Part shown: positions 28,004 through 39,054 of the stretch, one piece after another
Position numbering within the stretch: position 1 is the stretch's first letter
Layout: each line of letters starts with the position of its first letter
Assembly (NCBI GenBank): GCA_031411295.1
Contig: JANOAV010000140.1
Location: 1 to 64,000 of the forward strand
From: Verrucomicrobiales bacterium
Lineage (GTDB): Bacteria; Verrucomicrobiota; Verrucomicrobiia; Verrucomicrobiales; V1-33
Length of the DNA stretch: 64,000 nucleotides
Direction of reading: 5' to 3'
Notes under the pieces: generated by a model
Told to the model about the DNA's origin: nothing
Databases searched by the model: none
Seen by the model: the letters and a program-made list of their open reading frames with translations, nothing else
Translations under genes and position numbers: made by a program

Positions 28004-28831
28004 ATGAAACAATTTCGATTAAACCGTCTCTTCAATGCTAATTCTGGCCGCTGCTTCGATGTGGCCGTGGATCATGGCTTTTTCAACCAACCTGGATTCC
28101 TCCAAGGAATCGAGGACATGCGCACGGTTGTGCAAACGCTGGTGGAGGCCGGGCCGGACGCCATCCAGCTTACCTTGGGCCAAGCGCGTCATTTGCAGTC
28201 CATCCGTGGTCGGCAAAAACCCAGCTTGGTCTTGCGCACGGATGTGGCCAACATTTACGGCAAAGAACTGCCGAGCACGCGCTTCAGTTTGATGCTGGAG
28301 GAAACGATGCTGCAGGCCGTGCGCTACGATGCCGCCTGCGTGTGTGTGAATCTCTTCCAGATTCCAGGTGCCCCTGAGGTCCATCAACAGTGCGTGGAGA
28401 ATATCCTCAAACTCAAGCCTCAGGCTGATTACTACGGCATGCCCATGATGATCGAGCCGCTGGTGTTCCAGCCGAAAGCCCAAGCGGGTGGCTACATGGT
28501 CAATGGCGATCTCACGGCCATCATGCACTTGGTGCGGCAGGCGGTGGAGTTGGGCGCAGATATTGTGAAGGCGGATCCCACCGACGATGTTTCGCTCTAT
28601 CATAAAGTTGTCGAAACGGCCGCGGGCATTCCGGTGCTGGTGCGCGGCGGCGGTCGCGTGAGTGATAAAGAAATTCTGGAACGCACGCAGGGCCTGCTCC
28701 AGCAAGGCGCGGCCGGTATTGTCTATGGTCGGAATGTCATTCAGCATCCCAATCCCAAGGGCATCACGCAGGCGCTCATGGCCATGGTGCATGAAAATGT
28801 CTCGGTGGATGCGGCCTTGGCGATGATCTAG
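28004..28831 (+). CDS. Class I aldolase, DhnA/LsrF family
   Basis: VAVDHG, ELGADIVK (Schiff-base Lys), GAAGIVYGRNVIQH. Confidence 0.88.
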   Translation: MKQFRLNRLFNANSGRCFDVAVDHGFFNQPGFLQGIEDMRTVVQTLVEAGPDAIQLTLGQARHLQSIRGRQKPSLVLRTDVANIYGKELPSTRFSLMLEETMLQAVRYDAACVCVNLFQIPGAPEVHQQCVENILKLKPQADYYGMPMMIEPLVFQPKAQAGGYMVNGDLTAIMHLVRQAVELGADIVKADPTDDVSLYHKVVETAAGIPVLVRGGGRVSDKEILERTQGLLQQGAAGIVYGRNVIQHPNPKGITQALMAMVHENVSVDAALAMI

Positions 28832-28844
28832 TTTCCGCTGCCTC

Positions 28845-30227
28845 ATGCCACTCGCTGATTCCATCCTCACACGCCTTGCTGACATTGTCGGCACTGCCAA
28901 CGTGCTGACGAAATTGGAGGACATCCTGCCGTATGGATTCGATGGCACGGCCACCTTCAAGCATCGAGCAGGCGCGGTGGTGTTTCCGCAGAATACGGCT
29001 CAGGTGGCAGCTTGCGTGAAGTTGGCGGCGGAGGAGAAAATCCCCATTGTGACGCGAGGCTCGGGCACTGGCTTGAGCGGCGGCAGTGTGCCTTCGGGCG
29101 ACTGTCTGGTGCTGTGCCTCGTGCAGATGGATGCAATTCTGGAAGTAGATCCTCGCAACCTAACGTTACGCGCACAATGCGGAGCGATCACGATCAAGGT
29201 GGACGAGGCTGCTGCAGTGCACGGGCTGTTCTATCCGCCTGATCCCGGCTCCATCAAAATTTCCACCATCGGTGGCAATGTAGCGGAGAACTCCGGTGGG
29301 CTGCGGGGCTTGAAGTATGGGGTCACGCGGGATTATGTCATGGGATTGGAAGTCGTGATGCCGGACGGCCGCATCGTGCGCTTGGGCAATGCCTGCGTGA
29401 AGGATGTGGCGGGTTATTCCATGAAGGATCTCTTCATCGGTTCTGAAGGGACGTTAGGAATCGTGACGGAAGTGCTGCTAAAATTGCTGCCCCGTCCAGC
29501 GGCCCGTCGGACCATGTTAGCCACGTATGATCGCATGGAAAGCGCGGCGGAAACGGTCTCGGCAATCATTGCCGCCAAGATTATTCCCTGCACGTTGGAG
29601 TTTCTAGATCAAATGACGATTCGCTGTGTCGAAGCGTATGCGAAGATCGGGTTGCCCACGGACTGTGCGGCATTGCTGCTGATGGAGACGGATGGACATC
29701 CGGCGGCGGTGGCGGATGAAGCGGAGCAAATGGCAGCCATTGCGAAAGCTCACGGAGCACGCGAGGTGAAGATCGCAGCGGATGCAGCGGAGTCCTTGCA
29801 ACTCGCCAGTGCGCGTCGCAGCGCGTTCTCAGCGCTTGCGCGGATGCGGCCTACCACAATTTTAGAAGACGTGACAGTGCCTCGCAGTGAACTGGCAAAG
29901 CTGGTGGCTTTCATTGCGGAGACGGCCGCGCGACATCGCCTGCAAGTAGGGACATTCGGTCACATGGGTGATGGGAATTTACACCCAACATTTCTAACGG
30001 ACGAGCGAGACGAAGCCGAAATGGAGCGGGTGCATTTGGCACTGAATGAAATTGTGGCCAAGACGCTGGAGCTTGGTGGAACCATCACAGGCGAGCACGG
30101 TGTGGGCTTGGCGAAGAAGCAGTGGCTGCGGCAACAGTTGGGCGATGACAGCTTCGAGTTGATGCGTCAAATCAAGCATACGCTGGATCCGCATGGGCTC
30201 CTGAACCCCGGGAAAATCTTCGACTGA
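28845..30227 (+). CDS. glcD: FAD-linked 2-hydroxyacid oxidase subunit (GlcD-like)
   Basis: RGSGTGLSGG, PPDPGS, GSEGTLG, GHMGDGNLH, GEHGVG, LNPGK. Confidence 0.88.
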   Translation: MPLADSILTRLADIVGTANVLTKLEDILPYGFDGTATFKHRAGAVVFPQNTAQVAACVKLAAEEKIPIVTRGSGTGLSGGSVPSGDCLVLCLVQMDAILEVDPRNLTLRAQCGAITIKVDEAAAVHGLFYPPDPGSIKISTIGGNVAENSGGLRGLKYGVTRDYVMGLEVVMPDGRIVRLGNACVKDVAGYSMKDLFIGSEGTLGIVTEVLLKLLPRPAARRTMLATYDRMESAAETVSAIIAAKIIPCTLEFLDQMTIRCVEAYAKIGLPTDCAALLLMETDGHPAAVADEAEQMAAIAKAHGAREVKIAADAAESLQLASARRSAFSALARMRPTTILEDVTVPRSELAKLVAFIAETAARHRLQVGTFGHMGDGNLHPTFLTDERDEAEMERVHLALNEIVAKTLELGGTITGEHGVGLAKKQWLRQQLGDDSFELMRQIKHTLDPHGLLNPGKIFD

Positions 30228-30232
30228 TTTCC

Positions 30233-31549
30233 ATGGCCCACACGCTCAAAAATCTTGATTACTCCGTGCTGCAACAGTGTATGCACTGCGGAATGTGTCT
30301 GCCTACGTGTCCCACCTACGATACCACCAAACGCGAGCGAAACAGCCCCCGTGGCCGCATCGCGTTGATGCGGGCGGTGGCGGACGATGAGTTAGCGATC
30401 ACGCGAGAGTTCGCAGATGAGATGAGCTATTGTCTCGGATGTCTGGCGTGTCAGACAGCCTGTCCGGCTGGGGTGAACTACGCGGAGCTGTTTGAAACGG
30501 CTCGGGCGGACATCGAGCAGAGCGGCATCAACCACTCGTTGGAACGAAGTTTCTGGCGGGGGCTCACGCTGCGGGCGTTATTTATGAATCCACGCGTGCT
30601 GCGTGGGGTGGGGACGTTGCTGCGCTTCTATCAGCGTAGTGGCATGGAAGCGCTGGTGCGTAAATTGAAACTAACCGCGTTGTTGCCAGCAAATTTACGT
30701 CGCTTGGAACCACAGACGCCACGCATTTGCTCCAAATTTTCGCATCAGTTGATTGCGGAAACCGAACAACCCAGCGCGCCCGCAAAGTATCGCGTGGCCT
30801 TGCTGACAGGCTGTGTGCAGGATCTGGCGTTTAGCGACATCAATCGTGATACGGCGGATGTCCTCCTGGTTAATGGTTGCACGGTGCACACACCGCCAGT
30901 GCAGTCTTGTTGTGGTTCGCTGCACAGTCATAATGGAGAAACCGATCTGGCGGTCACGCTGGCTCGACGCATGTTAGACCTGATGCCGCCTGCTGAGTAT
31001 GATGCCATCATTACAAATGCGGGTGGGTGTGGATCTCATTTGCGGCATTACACCCATTTGTTGGCGGATGATCCTGAGTATGCCGACCGCGCGCGGGCTT
31101 GGGATGCCAAGATTCGGGACATTCACGAGTGGCTGATGGAGATCGGATGTCGTCCGCCGGTGGCTGTTCCCAGCGCGGAGCCACTCACAGTCACGTATCA
31201 TGAATCCTGTCATTTGGCCCACGGTCAGAAAGTGACGCAACCGCCCCGCTCCTTGCTGCGGTTGATTCCCGGCGTGAAATTAATCGAGTTGCCAGAGTCC
31301 AACTGGTGCTGCGGAAGTGCCGGCGTTTACAGTATCACGCAGCCCGAGCAATCGGCTCTGCTGCTGGATCGGAAGGTGCAACACATCATGGCCACGGGGG
31401 CTCAGGTGTTGGCCACGTCCAATCCAGGTTGTCATTTGCAGATCGCCACTGGCTTGCTGGCGGCAGGTTCCACGGTGGAACTCATGCAGCCTGTGACCTT
31501 GCTGGCGCGAGCCTATCGCAACGAAAATTTACCCCAAACATCATCATGA
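30233..31549 (+). CDS. glcF: Fe-S subunit of 2-hydroxyacid oxidase (GlcF-like)
   Basis: CMHCGMCLPTCPTY, CLGCLACQTACP, two CCG domains. Confidence 0.88.
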   Translation: MAHTLKNLDYSVLQQCMHCGMCLPTCPTYDTTKRERNSPRGRIALMRAVADDELAITREFADEMSYCLGCLACQTACPAGVNYAELFETARADIEQSGINHSLERSFWRGLTLRALFMNPRVLRGVGTLLRFYQRSGMEALVRKLKLTALLPANLRRLEPQTPRICSKFSHQLIAETEQPSAPAKYRVALLTGCVQDLAFSDINRDTADVLLVNGCTVHTPPVQSCCGSLHSHNGETDLAVTLARRMLDLMPPAEYDAIITNAGGCGSHLRHYTHLLADDPEYADRARAWDAKIRDIHEWLMEIGCRPPVAVPSAEPLTVTYHESCHLAHGQKVTQPPRSLLRLIPGVKLIELPESNWCCGSAGVYSITQPEQSALLLDRKVQHIMATGAQVLATSNPGCHLQIATGLLAAGSTVELMQPVTLLARAYRNENLPQTSS

Positions 31550-32667
31550 AGAACATCAATATCGGAATCATCGGAGGCGGTCTTATGGGTCGCGAAATGG
31601 CCAGCGCGTTCGCCCGTTGGTGTGCGCTCACGGATGTGTGTGTGCGCCCAGTGCTCACAGCGGTGGCAGACTTGCATGCGCCCACGCTGGCGTGGTTCGA
31701 CTGCATTCCCTCCTGCACCTTGAAGACGGCAGATTATCATGAACTGCTGGCCAGTCCGGAGGTGGATGTGGTTTACGTGGCGGTGCCCCATAACCTGCAT
31801 GAAAAACTTTATTGCGATGTTCTGGCGGCTGGGAAGGACCTCTTTGCGGAGAAGCCATTCGGGATTGATCTGGCCTCTGCTCAGCGCATCTTGGCAGCGG
31901 TGAACGCGAGTGGTCGGTTCGTGCGCTGTAGTTCTGAAATGCCCTTTTTCCCAGGGGCGCAGCGGGCCTTTGAGATTGCGGGGAAGGGCGAAATCGGGCG
32001 CATTCTGGAGGTGGTCTCCGGCTTCCATCACAGCAGCGATCTGGATCCTATGAAGGCCGCCAACTGGAAGCGCTTCAGCCACACCTGTGGCGAAGGTGGG
32101 GTGCTGAATGATCTGGGAATGCACGCCTGCCACTTGCCGCTGCGGCTGGGCTGGCGGCCAACCCGACTCTTCGCGCAACTGCAGAAAGGTTATTCAACCC
32201 GCCCCGATGGCAAAGGTGGCGTGGCCAAATGCGACACGTGGGATAACGCGCAACTGCACACTTGGACCACCATTGATGAAGAAGCGGTGCCGTTGCGTTT
32301 AGAAATGAAACGTCTCGCTCCCGGGGCCACTAACACGTGGTTTATCGAGATCCTGGGCACGGATGGCGGCGTGCGTTTCAGCACCGCTGAACCCAAGACA
32401 CTGTGGCTCTTTGAACGCGGCAAGGAACAATGGTGGAAGCGGACAGAACTTGGATTCGGCACTCCGTTCAAAGCGGTTACTGGCGGCATTTTCGAACCTG
32501 GATTTCCCGATGTCATTCAACAAATGTGGGCAGCATATTTGATGGAGCGCGAGGGCTTGCTCAACGGTCGGTTCGGCTGTGCCACGCCTGAAGAAGCCGT
32601 GGCAACGCACGAGATCTTCGCTGCTGCGCTAGCTTCCCATGGCGACGGCAAGGTCGTCGAGTTGTAA
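31546..32667 (+). CDS. Gfo/Idh/MocA-family NAD(P)-dependent oxidoreductase
   Basis: GIIGGGLMG, EKP, DLGMH; ATGA coupling to glcF. Confidence 0.88.
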   Translation: MKNINIGIIGGGLMGREMASAFARWCALTDVCVRPVLTAVADLHAPTLAWFDCIPSCTLKTADYHELLASPEVDVVYVAVPHNLHEKLYCDVLAAGKDLFAEKPFGIDLASAQRILAAVNASGRFVRCSSEMPFFPGAQRAFEIAGKGEIGRILEVVSGFHHSSDLDPMKAANWKRFSHTCGEGGVLNDLGMHACHLPLRLGWRPTRLFAQLQKGYSTRPDGKGGVAKCDTWDNAQLHTWTTIDEEAVPLRLEMKRLAPGATNTWFIEILGTDGGVRFSTAEPKTLWLFERGKEQWWKRTELGFGTPFKAVTGGIFEPGFPDVIQQMWAAYLMEREGLLNGRFGCATPEEAVATHEIFAAALASHGDGKVVEL

Positions 32668-32680
32668 ACGCTACCCCACC

Positions 32681-33691
32681 ATGAGCACGTCACGCAGCGG
32701 GATTCTAGCCGCCGGAAATTTTATCGTTGATCACGTCAAGATCATTGATGCCTACCCGCAGCAGGACATGCTGGCGAGTATCCTCAGCCAATCCCAATCC
32801 AATGGTGGTGGGCCTTATAACGTGCTGAAGGATCTGGCGGCCATGCAGGCCGGGTTTCCGCTGGAAGCCTGTGGCTTGGTGGGGGAGGACCCTAACGGGC
32901 AATGGATTCACGATGACTGCCAGGCGCACGGCATCAACGTTACGCAACTGCACCGCACCAAAGAACGCGCCACTTCCTACACGGATGCCATGACCGTGCA
33001 GAGCACCGGGCGTCGCACGTTCTTTCATCAGCGGGGAGCCAACGCTCTCTTTGATGGCGAACACTGCTCGTTTGCGAAGACCAACGCGCGGTTGTTTCAC
33101 TTGGGCTACCTCATGTTGTTGGATCGCATGGATTCATTTACTGAGGGTCGCACCCACGCGTCGCTGCTGCTGGAACGCGCTCGCGCGGCAGGGCTGGAAA
33201 CGATTGTGGACATTGTTAGCACAGAGAATCCGCAGTTTCGTGACATCGCCCTGAGCGCGATTCCGTTTACCGATCACTTGGTTATCAACGAAGTGGAGGC
33301 GGGAAATATTGTGGGTCAGAAACTGCAGGAGAGTGACATCAACGGGATCGCCACGGCGGCGGAAACGCTCCTCGCCCTGGGCGTGGCACGGTCGGTGGTA
33401 ATTCACTTCACCAGCGGCTGTGTGGCTGCGGTGCCGGGCCAATCAGCCCTGACCCAGGGCTCGCTGCAGCTGCCTGATGGGTTCAGCCAAGGTGCTACTG
33501 GAGCAGGCGATGCCTTTGCTGCGGGCTACGTTTACGGAGTGCATGAGAACCACCCACTAGCCGATCGGCTGAAACTGGCTGTCTGCTGCGCGGCTGCGAG
33601 TCTAACGCATCCGACACCATCCACTGGAGTCAAGCCGGTGGAGGAATGCCTAGCGCTGGAGCAACAGTTTCCTGCAAGAGTGCTGCGATAA
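32681..33691 (+). CDS. PfkB-family carbohydrate kinase
   Basis: GGGPYN, NEVEA, ATGAGDAFAAG. Confidence 0.9.
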   Translation: MSTSRSGILAAGNFIVDHVKIIDAYPQQDMLASILSQSQSNGGGPYNVLKDLAAMQAGFPLEACGLVGEDPNGQWIHDDCQAHGINVTQLHRTKERATSYTDAMTVQSTGRRTFFHQRGANALFDGEHCSFAKTNARLFHLGYLMLLDRMDSFTEGRTHASLLLERARAAGLETIVDIVSTENPQFRDIALSAIPFTDHLVINEVEAGNIVGQKLQESDINGIATAAETLLALGVARSVVIHFTSGCVAAVPGQSALTQGSLQLPDGFSQGATGAGDAFAAGYVYGVHENHPLADRLKLAVCCAAASLTHPTPSTGVKPVEECLALEQQFPARVLR

Positions 33692-33742
33692 ACTGGCAGA
33701 ATACGCTCCGCGTTTCTACCGGCGCTCCACTGCGCTAAGCCT

Positions 33743-33795
33743 GCAACATCCGCTGGAGTCCCGCTTTTAAGCGCTTTTAAGCGGTGCCTCACGCC
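33743..33795 (+). repeat. REP-like element, family A, with internal 10-bp tandem duplication
   Basis: GCAACATCCGCTGGAGTCCC-GCTTTTAAGC-GCTTTTAAGC-GGTGCCTCACGCC. Confidence 0.8.
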
Positions 33796-33935
33796 ACGCG
33801 GGGAATCGACGACGGTCCAGCAGGTTCCGATTTTCCCCGCAGGTCAGGATCTCCGAGCCTTCCCAAGTGGCCGGGTTTACCCGTTGTAAGAAATTGTGCC
33901 TCATCCTCGTAAACGTGCTGGAAGAATTCCCCCAA

Positions 33936-35525
33936 ATGCCTATGCTGGACGCCATGAATCCTGAAGCCTCCCCTGATGAAACTACCGCACCGTCCCAGGC
34001 GGACCGGTTGCGCGGCCCTTTGTATTGGCTCTCTGGAGCCCGCTGGGACACGTTGAAATATTGCCCTGCTTCAGAGCGGGAGCGCGTCGCAGTGTTAGGC
34101 TCAACCGTCTTGATCCCCACCGTGATGTCTTTTTTTGGGATGTATTTCTATGCCCGCAGTCGCTTTGCGGAACCTCCGTTTCTGATGTGCTTCATTGCGG
34201 CCTTGGCGTGGGCGTTTGTCATTATGAATACGGACCGGATTCTGCTGGCCACCTATCGCCCCTATCAACCCTTCTGGCGGAAGTTCCTCCAGGTGTGTTT
34301 TCGGTTCGGACTGGCCGCAGTCGTGAGTATCGCCATCGCCTTTCCCTTCTGTTTGGATCAATATCGGCCCGCTATTGCGCATCGCTATCAGACGGAAATT
34401 CAGTCCGTGCTCAATGATCTGCGTCAGGAGGAGAGCACGAAACGCAGGGAGTTGACGACCACCTATGACACGGAACACGAAGCCAAGGTGATCCAATTGA
34501 CCCCGCTGCAGAATGCCATTTTAAACACGGAGGTCTATGCCGATCAGAAGTTGGAAGAGGAAAAGAAAAAGATTAGCGCAGAGGGATTCGTGCCCACGGC
34601 ATCGCCTGAGACACGACAATTGGTTTCAAAAGTGGAGGCTGTGAAGGAGGCTGTCTCCAAGCTCAAAGCGGATCAAAACGAACGGGAGAATCTCCATCGC
34701 AGACTGGTGGAAGCCATCGCGCGGGAGATGGCGGGTCAGCCGAACGAGTTTTTCCCCGAACCCAAGAAAGCTGGTGAAGGTCCGCGCACCAAGGACATGC
34801 AACGGAGAGATCTGGACACCACGCGGGAGTTGTCGCGCCTCGTGGCCAGCTTGGCGCAACAGACTGCGGCATTGGAAAATCTAAATTTATCCCTGGCCGC
34901 CGCCCGGTTAGTGGATCGCGGCACGATGCTGGATGCGCTGCCATCCCGACGGGAAGCGTTCGTAAAAGAGGCAGAGGAAATGGAACGGGTGCGCATCGAA
35001 AGGCTGGATCGATTAGTCACAGAGATCGCGCAGCATACGGAAGATCAGAAGCGGGCGCTGCGATTGCACGATGATCGTTATTTGGCCCCCATCCAGCGTT
35101 ACGAGAACAAGATCAAAGGCGTGCTGGATCCCATGGAGGAAACGATCGGCTTGTATAAAGTGATCTTCCTCCCCGCGCCCGATGCCTCCGCTACCGAGCA
35201 AGGAGAACAGGGCTACAAATGGATGGCTGGGTTGTTTCAATTTCTGGTAGTGTTCGGCACCTTGTTTCTGCTGGATCTGGTGCCCATCATGGCGAAAATT
35301 TTCAGCCGACCAGGTCCCTACGATGTGCTGGTAGAGCAGGCGGAAATGGTCGCGAATCTGAACCTGGCGGCCTTCAAAAAGAACTACCCGGAGAATGCTC
35401 GTCGCTGGGCTGCGGGCAATCCGGCCGGGGCTCCGAAATCTCCCGGGGAAATCCTGCGCCTGCACGCCTATGCGCCCGTGGTGGCGGTTGCGGACGGAGT
35501 TGCCACCGTCGCGACTCCAGAGTGA
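33936..35525 (+). CDS. DUF4407-like membrane protein with long coiled coil
   Basis: W.SGA....L..CP.SE, three TM segments, DR.L, coiled coil, C-terminal TM and P...K....GPYD. Confidence 0.7.
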   Translation: MPMLDAMNPEASPDETTAPSQADRLRGPLYWLSGARWDTLKYCPASERERVAVLGSTVLIPTVMSFFGMYFYARSRFAEPPFLMCFIAALAWAFVIMNTDRILLATYRPYQPFWRKFLQVCFRFGLAAVVSIAIAFPFCLDQYRPAIAHRYQTEIQSVLNDLRQEESTKRRELTTTYDTEHEAKVIQLTPLQNAILNTEVYADQKLEEEKKKISAEGFVPTASPETRQLVSKVEAVKEAVSKLKADQNERENLHRRLVEAIAREMAGQPNEFFPEPKKAGEGPRTKDMQRRDLDTTRELSRLVASLAQQTAALENLNLSLAAARLVDRGTMLDALPSRREAFVKEAEEMERVRIERLDRLVTEIAQHTEDQKRALRLHDDRYLAPIQRYENKIKGVLDPMEETIGLYKVIFLPAPDASATEQGEQGYKWMAGLFQFLVVFGTLFLLDLVPIMAKIFSRPGPYDVLVEQAEMVANLNLAAFKKNYPENARRWAAGNPAGAPKSPGEILRLHAYAPVVAVADGVATVATPE

Positions 35526-35530
35526 GCGTG

Positions 35531-35550
35531 GTAGTAGTCCGCTGGACTGC
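35531..35550. repeat. REP-like palindrome, family B
   Basis: GTAG-TAGTCC-GCT-GGACTGC. Confidence 0.65.
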
Positions 35551-35623
35551 ACCGCCAATCGGCCCTCGAATGCTGCTCGCAACTTCTTGCGCAAAGCGAA
35601 AATCTGTTGGATAGTTCCGGCCT

Positions 35624-36220
35624 ATGGCCCAAACCACCCGCAGCGCGACCATTTCCCGCACCACCGCCGAAACCGACATCCAACTCAGCCTAACCATCGA
35701 TGGCTCTGGCAAGGCCGAGGTGGACACCGGTATTGGCTTTTTCGATCACATGCTGACCCTCTTCGCCAAGCACAGCTTGGTGGATTTGCAGGTTCGTGTG
35801 AAGGGAGATCTTCACGTGGACTACCACCACACCGTGGAAGACACCGGCATCGTGCTGGGCCAAGCGCTGAAACAAGCTCTGGGAGACAAGGTCGGCATCG
35901 TCCGCTACGGGTCGTTCTATCTGCCCATGGATGAAACGCTCTCCCGCGTGGTCGTGGACCTCAGCGGACGTCCGTTTCTGGACTATCGCGCTCCAGCCCA
36001 AGTCGCCAGCATCGGACAATTCAGCTTTACCCTCGTTGAAGAATTCCTCCGTGGATTCAGTAATGCCCTCATGGCCAACGTCCACGTGGAAGTCCTTTAC
36101 GGACGCGATGCCCACCACATGTCCGAATCCATTTTCAAAGGCCTCGCCCGTTCTCTGGATGCCGCCATGAAACACGACCCCCGCGTCATCGGCGTGCCCA
36201 GTTCCAAAGGGGTGATCTAA
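35624..36220 (+). CDS. hisB: Imidazoleglycerol-phosphate dehydratase
   Basis: [34 protein letters not shown]. Confidence 0.97.
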   Translation: MAQTTRSATISRTTAETDIQLSLTIDGSGKAEVDTGIGFFDHMLTLFAKHSLVDLQVRVKGDLHVDYHHTVEDTGIVLGQALKQALGDKVGIVRYGSFYLPMDETLSRVVVDLSGRPFLDYRAPAQVASIGQFSFTLVEEFLRGFSNALMANVHVEVLYGRDAHHMSESIFKGLARSLDAAMKHDPRVIGVPSSKGVI

Positions 36221-36247
36221 AACGAGGGTCGGCCGCTGCGACATTCG

Positions 36248-38140
36248 CTACGCGGCATCCACTTCCACCTCGACTTCGGCCGCTGGCTCCACAAGATCCT
36301 GTTCCACGCGGAGGTTATCGATGATAAAATCCTGACGGATGGGCGTGTTTTTGCCCATGTAGAAATTCAGCATGTCCTTCAGCGAGTGGTGGTGATCGAT
36401 GGTGACGGGATCGAGTCGGATATCCGGGCCGATGAAGTTCTTGAACTCACCGGGGGAAATTTCACCCAACCCTTTGAATCGGGTGATCTCGGGATTCTTG
36501 CCCAGAGCTGCGATGGCGCGCTGCTTCTCTTCATCGCTGTAGCAGTAGCGCGTTTCCTTCTTATTACGGACGCGGAAGAGCGGGGTTTGCAGCACGAATA
36601 GGTGGCCTTGGCGCACGAGATCCGGGAAAAATTGCAGGAAGAACGTGATCATGAGCAAGCGGATGTGCATCCCATCCACATCGGCATCGGTGGCCAGGAT
36701 CACCTTGTTGTATTTCAACTCATCCAAATTGTCCTCAATGTTCAGCGCGTGCTGCAGGAGGTTGAACTCTTCATTTTCATAAACGACTTTCTTCGTGAGC
36801 CCGTGAACATTCAGCGGCTTCCCACGCAGGCTGAAGACGGCCTGGAAATTGGCGTCCCGGCTGCTGGTGATGGAGCCGCTGGCGCTGTCACCCTCGGTTA
36901 GGAACAGCATCGTCTTGTCCTTTTCCTTGTGATTCGTGTCGTAGTGGACCCGGCAGTCGCGCAGTTTTTTATTGTGGATCTTCGCTTTCTTGGCGCGCTC
37001 CCGGGCCAGTTTGGCCACGCCTGCGAGTTCCTTGCGCTCCTTTTCGTTATTGTTGATCTTATCCAACCACGACTCGGCCACGACTTTGTTTTTGTGCAGG
37101 AATGGATCGAGTTCCTTCTGCATGAAGGCACTCACGAACGTCCGGACGGTGCCACCTCCGGGTTCCATTTCGTGACCGGTTAGTTTGATCTTGGTTTGAT
37201 TCTCAAACTGCGGGTCCTGCACCCGAATCGCGATGGCACCCACGATGCCTTGGCGCACATCGGAGGGATCGAACTCTTTCTTGAAATGTTCCCGCGCCAC
37301 CTTCACCAGCGCTTCCCGGAAGGCAGCCAAATGCGTGCCGCCTTGGGTGGTCCACTGCCCGTTGACGAAGGTGAATATGTCCTCGCCCGTCTGGTGGGTG
37401 TGAGTGAAGGCAATTTCTATATCCGTGCCCTTCAAATGCACGATGGGATAGAGCGGGTCTTCGGTTAAATTTTCCCGCAGCAGATCGGCCAAGCCGTCCT
37501 TGGAGCGGAAGTTTTGTCCGTTGAAATTGATCGTTAGCCCGGTGTTCAGATATGAATAGTAGCGGAACATGCGGGTGAGGATTTCTCCATCGAACTTGTA
37601 TTTCGGATCGAACAACCGGGGCGCGCCTTCGGGCGTAAACGCCACACGGGTGCCATTTGGTTCGTCGCATTTGCTGGCTTTCTCCTGGCGTTTGGTGACT
37701 TTGCCGTGGGCAAATTCCATCGCCATGGTCTGACCTTCGCGATACGCCTGAATTTCGAAATGCGTGCTGAGCGCATTGACGGCCTTCAGACCCACGCCGT
37801 TGAGACCCACGGACTTCTGGAATGCCTTGGAATCGTATTTCCCGCCGGTATTGATGATGGCGGCACAGTCGTAAAGTTTCCCCAGCGGAATGCCGCGGCC
37901 GAAGTCGCGAACCTCTAGGCGCTTCTCGTCCATGGTGACTTTAATCTGCTTCCCGTAACCCATCACAAATTCGTCGATGGAGTTATCGATCGCTTCCTTC
38001 ACCAAAATATAGAGCCCATCATCAGCCGACGAGCCATCGCCCAGCTTGCCGATATACATGGTGGGACGCAGGCGGATATGATCCACCCAGTCGAGTGATT
38101 TAATGGAATCTTCGTCGTAGCCGTGGTCGGGAGTGCTCAT
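36248..38140 (-). CDS. parE: DNA topoisomerase IV subunit B (type IIA B subunit)
   Basis: [49 protein letters not shown]. Confidence 0.88.
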   Translation of the reverse strand: MSTPDHGYDEDSIKSLDWVDHIRLRPTMYIGKLGDGSSADDGLYILVKEAIDNSIDEFVMGYGKQIKVTMDEKRLEVRDFGRGIPLGKLYDCAAIINTGGKYDSKAFQKSVGLNGVGLKAVNALSTHFEIQAYREGQTMAMEFAHGKVTKRQEKASKCDEPNGTRVAFTPEGAPRLFDPKYKFDGEILTRMFRYYSYLNTGLTINFNGQNFRSKDGLADLLRENLTEDPLYPIVHLKGTDIEIAFTHTHQTGEDIFTFVNGQWTTQGGTHLAAFREALVKVAREHFKKEFDPSDVRQGIVGAIAIRVQDPQFENQTKIKLTGHEMEPGGGTVRTFVSAFMQKELDPFLHKNKVVAESWLDKINNNEKERKELAGVAKLARERAKKAKIHNKKLRDCRVHYDTNHKEKDKTMLFLTEGDSASGSITSSRDANFQAVFSLRGKPLNVHGLTKKVVYENEEFNLLQHALNIEDNLDELKYNKVILATDADVDGMHIRLLMITFFLQFFPDLVRQGHLFVLQTPLFRVRNKKETRYCYSDEEKQRAIAALGKNPEITRFKGLGEISPGEFKNFIGPDIRLDPVTIDHHHSLKDMLNFYMGKNTPIRQDFIIDNLRVEQDLVEPAAEVEVEVDAA

Positions 38141-38302
38141 GTTGGTCAAGGAACAGGGGGAAATGGTTGATTGGTCCCCCAGAGAGAAGCGATTTTTCCC
38201 TGGGATGCAAGTTGAATGGCGAAATGGGTCGGTGGGCCACGCCAGATTGACATCCGTTCGACACGTGGCAATGTTTGATGACTCCGCAACAATTTCAGCC
38301 GC

Positions 38303-38572
38303 ATGAGCACAATCACACTCGAATATCCCCTCGCTTGGCTAGCCGCCATGGGAGTAGATGAAGACAGCTTCGTCTCGGACGCCAAAGCCGCAGCCGCCAC
38401 GAAGCTTTTCGAGCGTGGAAAACTTTCCAGCGGACAAGCGGCTCAGTTAGCAGGCCTAACCAGGGCGGAGTTTTTGCTCACTTGTAGGCAGTGGGGGGTA
38501 TCGAGCGTTGAGTGGGATGATGCGGAAATGAAGGCGGAATTCGCAGACGAAATACTTTTCCCCAAACTATGA
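38303..38572 (+). CDS. UPF0175-family putative antitoxin
   Basis: [25 protein letters not shown]. Confidence 0.88.
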   Translation: MSTITLEYPLAWLAAMGVDEDSFVSDAKAAAATKLFERGKLSSGQAAQLAGLTRAEFLLTCRQWGVSSVEWDDAEMKAEFADEILFPKL

Positions 38573-39054
38573 GTGTCTTGGTCAGCAATTCAGGACCGCT
38601 GATCGCGTTGAGCGGAATTGATCGCTTGGATCTTTTGGATTCGCTGTTTGGGAAAGTCTTCATTCCTGAAGAGGTGGCTCAGGAATGTTTGGCAGGCGGA
38701 GCTGCTGGGAGTGGCGTGGCGTCGTTTCAGAAATTTGAGGGATTTCAGGTAATTCAACTGCCCGATCCACCGAATCCGCTCCTGACTGCATTGTTAGATA
38801 TCGGGGAGTCTCGAGCGATAGAGCTGGCTCTGCAGCTGCAGCCTTCAATTCTGCTGATGGACGAATTACGTGGAAGGAAGGTGGCTCGAAACATTTATGG
38901 AATTCAAGTGGTCGGCACAGGACGGGTTCTGATCGAGGCCAAGCGAGCAAACTTGATCAATGCGGTTCTCCCGTTGTTAGCAAAAATTCGAGCGAACGGA
39001 TATTGGCTATCAGATCGGATCACGGATGAAATCATTAAGCAAGCAGGAGAATGA
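38569..39054 (+). CDS. DUF3368-type PIN-domain protein (putative toxin)
   Basis: VSNSGPLIAL, LDIGE..AI.LA, LLMDE..GR, GTG.VL..AK; ATGA overlap. Confidence 0.88.
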   Translation: MSVLVSNSGPLIALSGIDRLDLLDSLFGKVFIPEEVAQECLAGGAAGSGVASFQKFEGFQVIQLPDPPNPLLTALLDIGESRAIELALQLQPSILLMDELRGRKVARNIYGIQVVGTGRVLIEAKRANLINAVLPLLAKIRANGYWLSDRITDEIIKQAGE

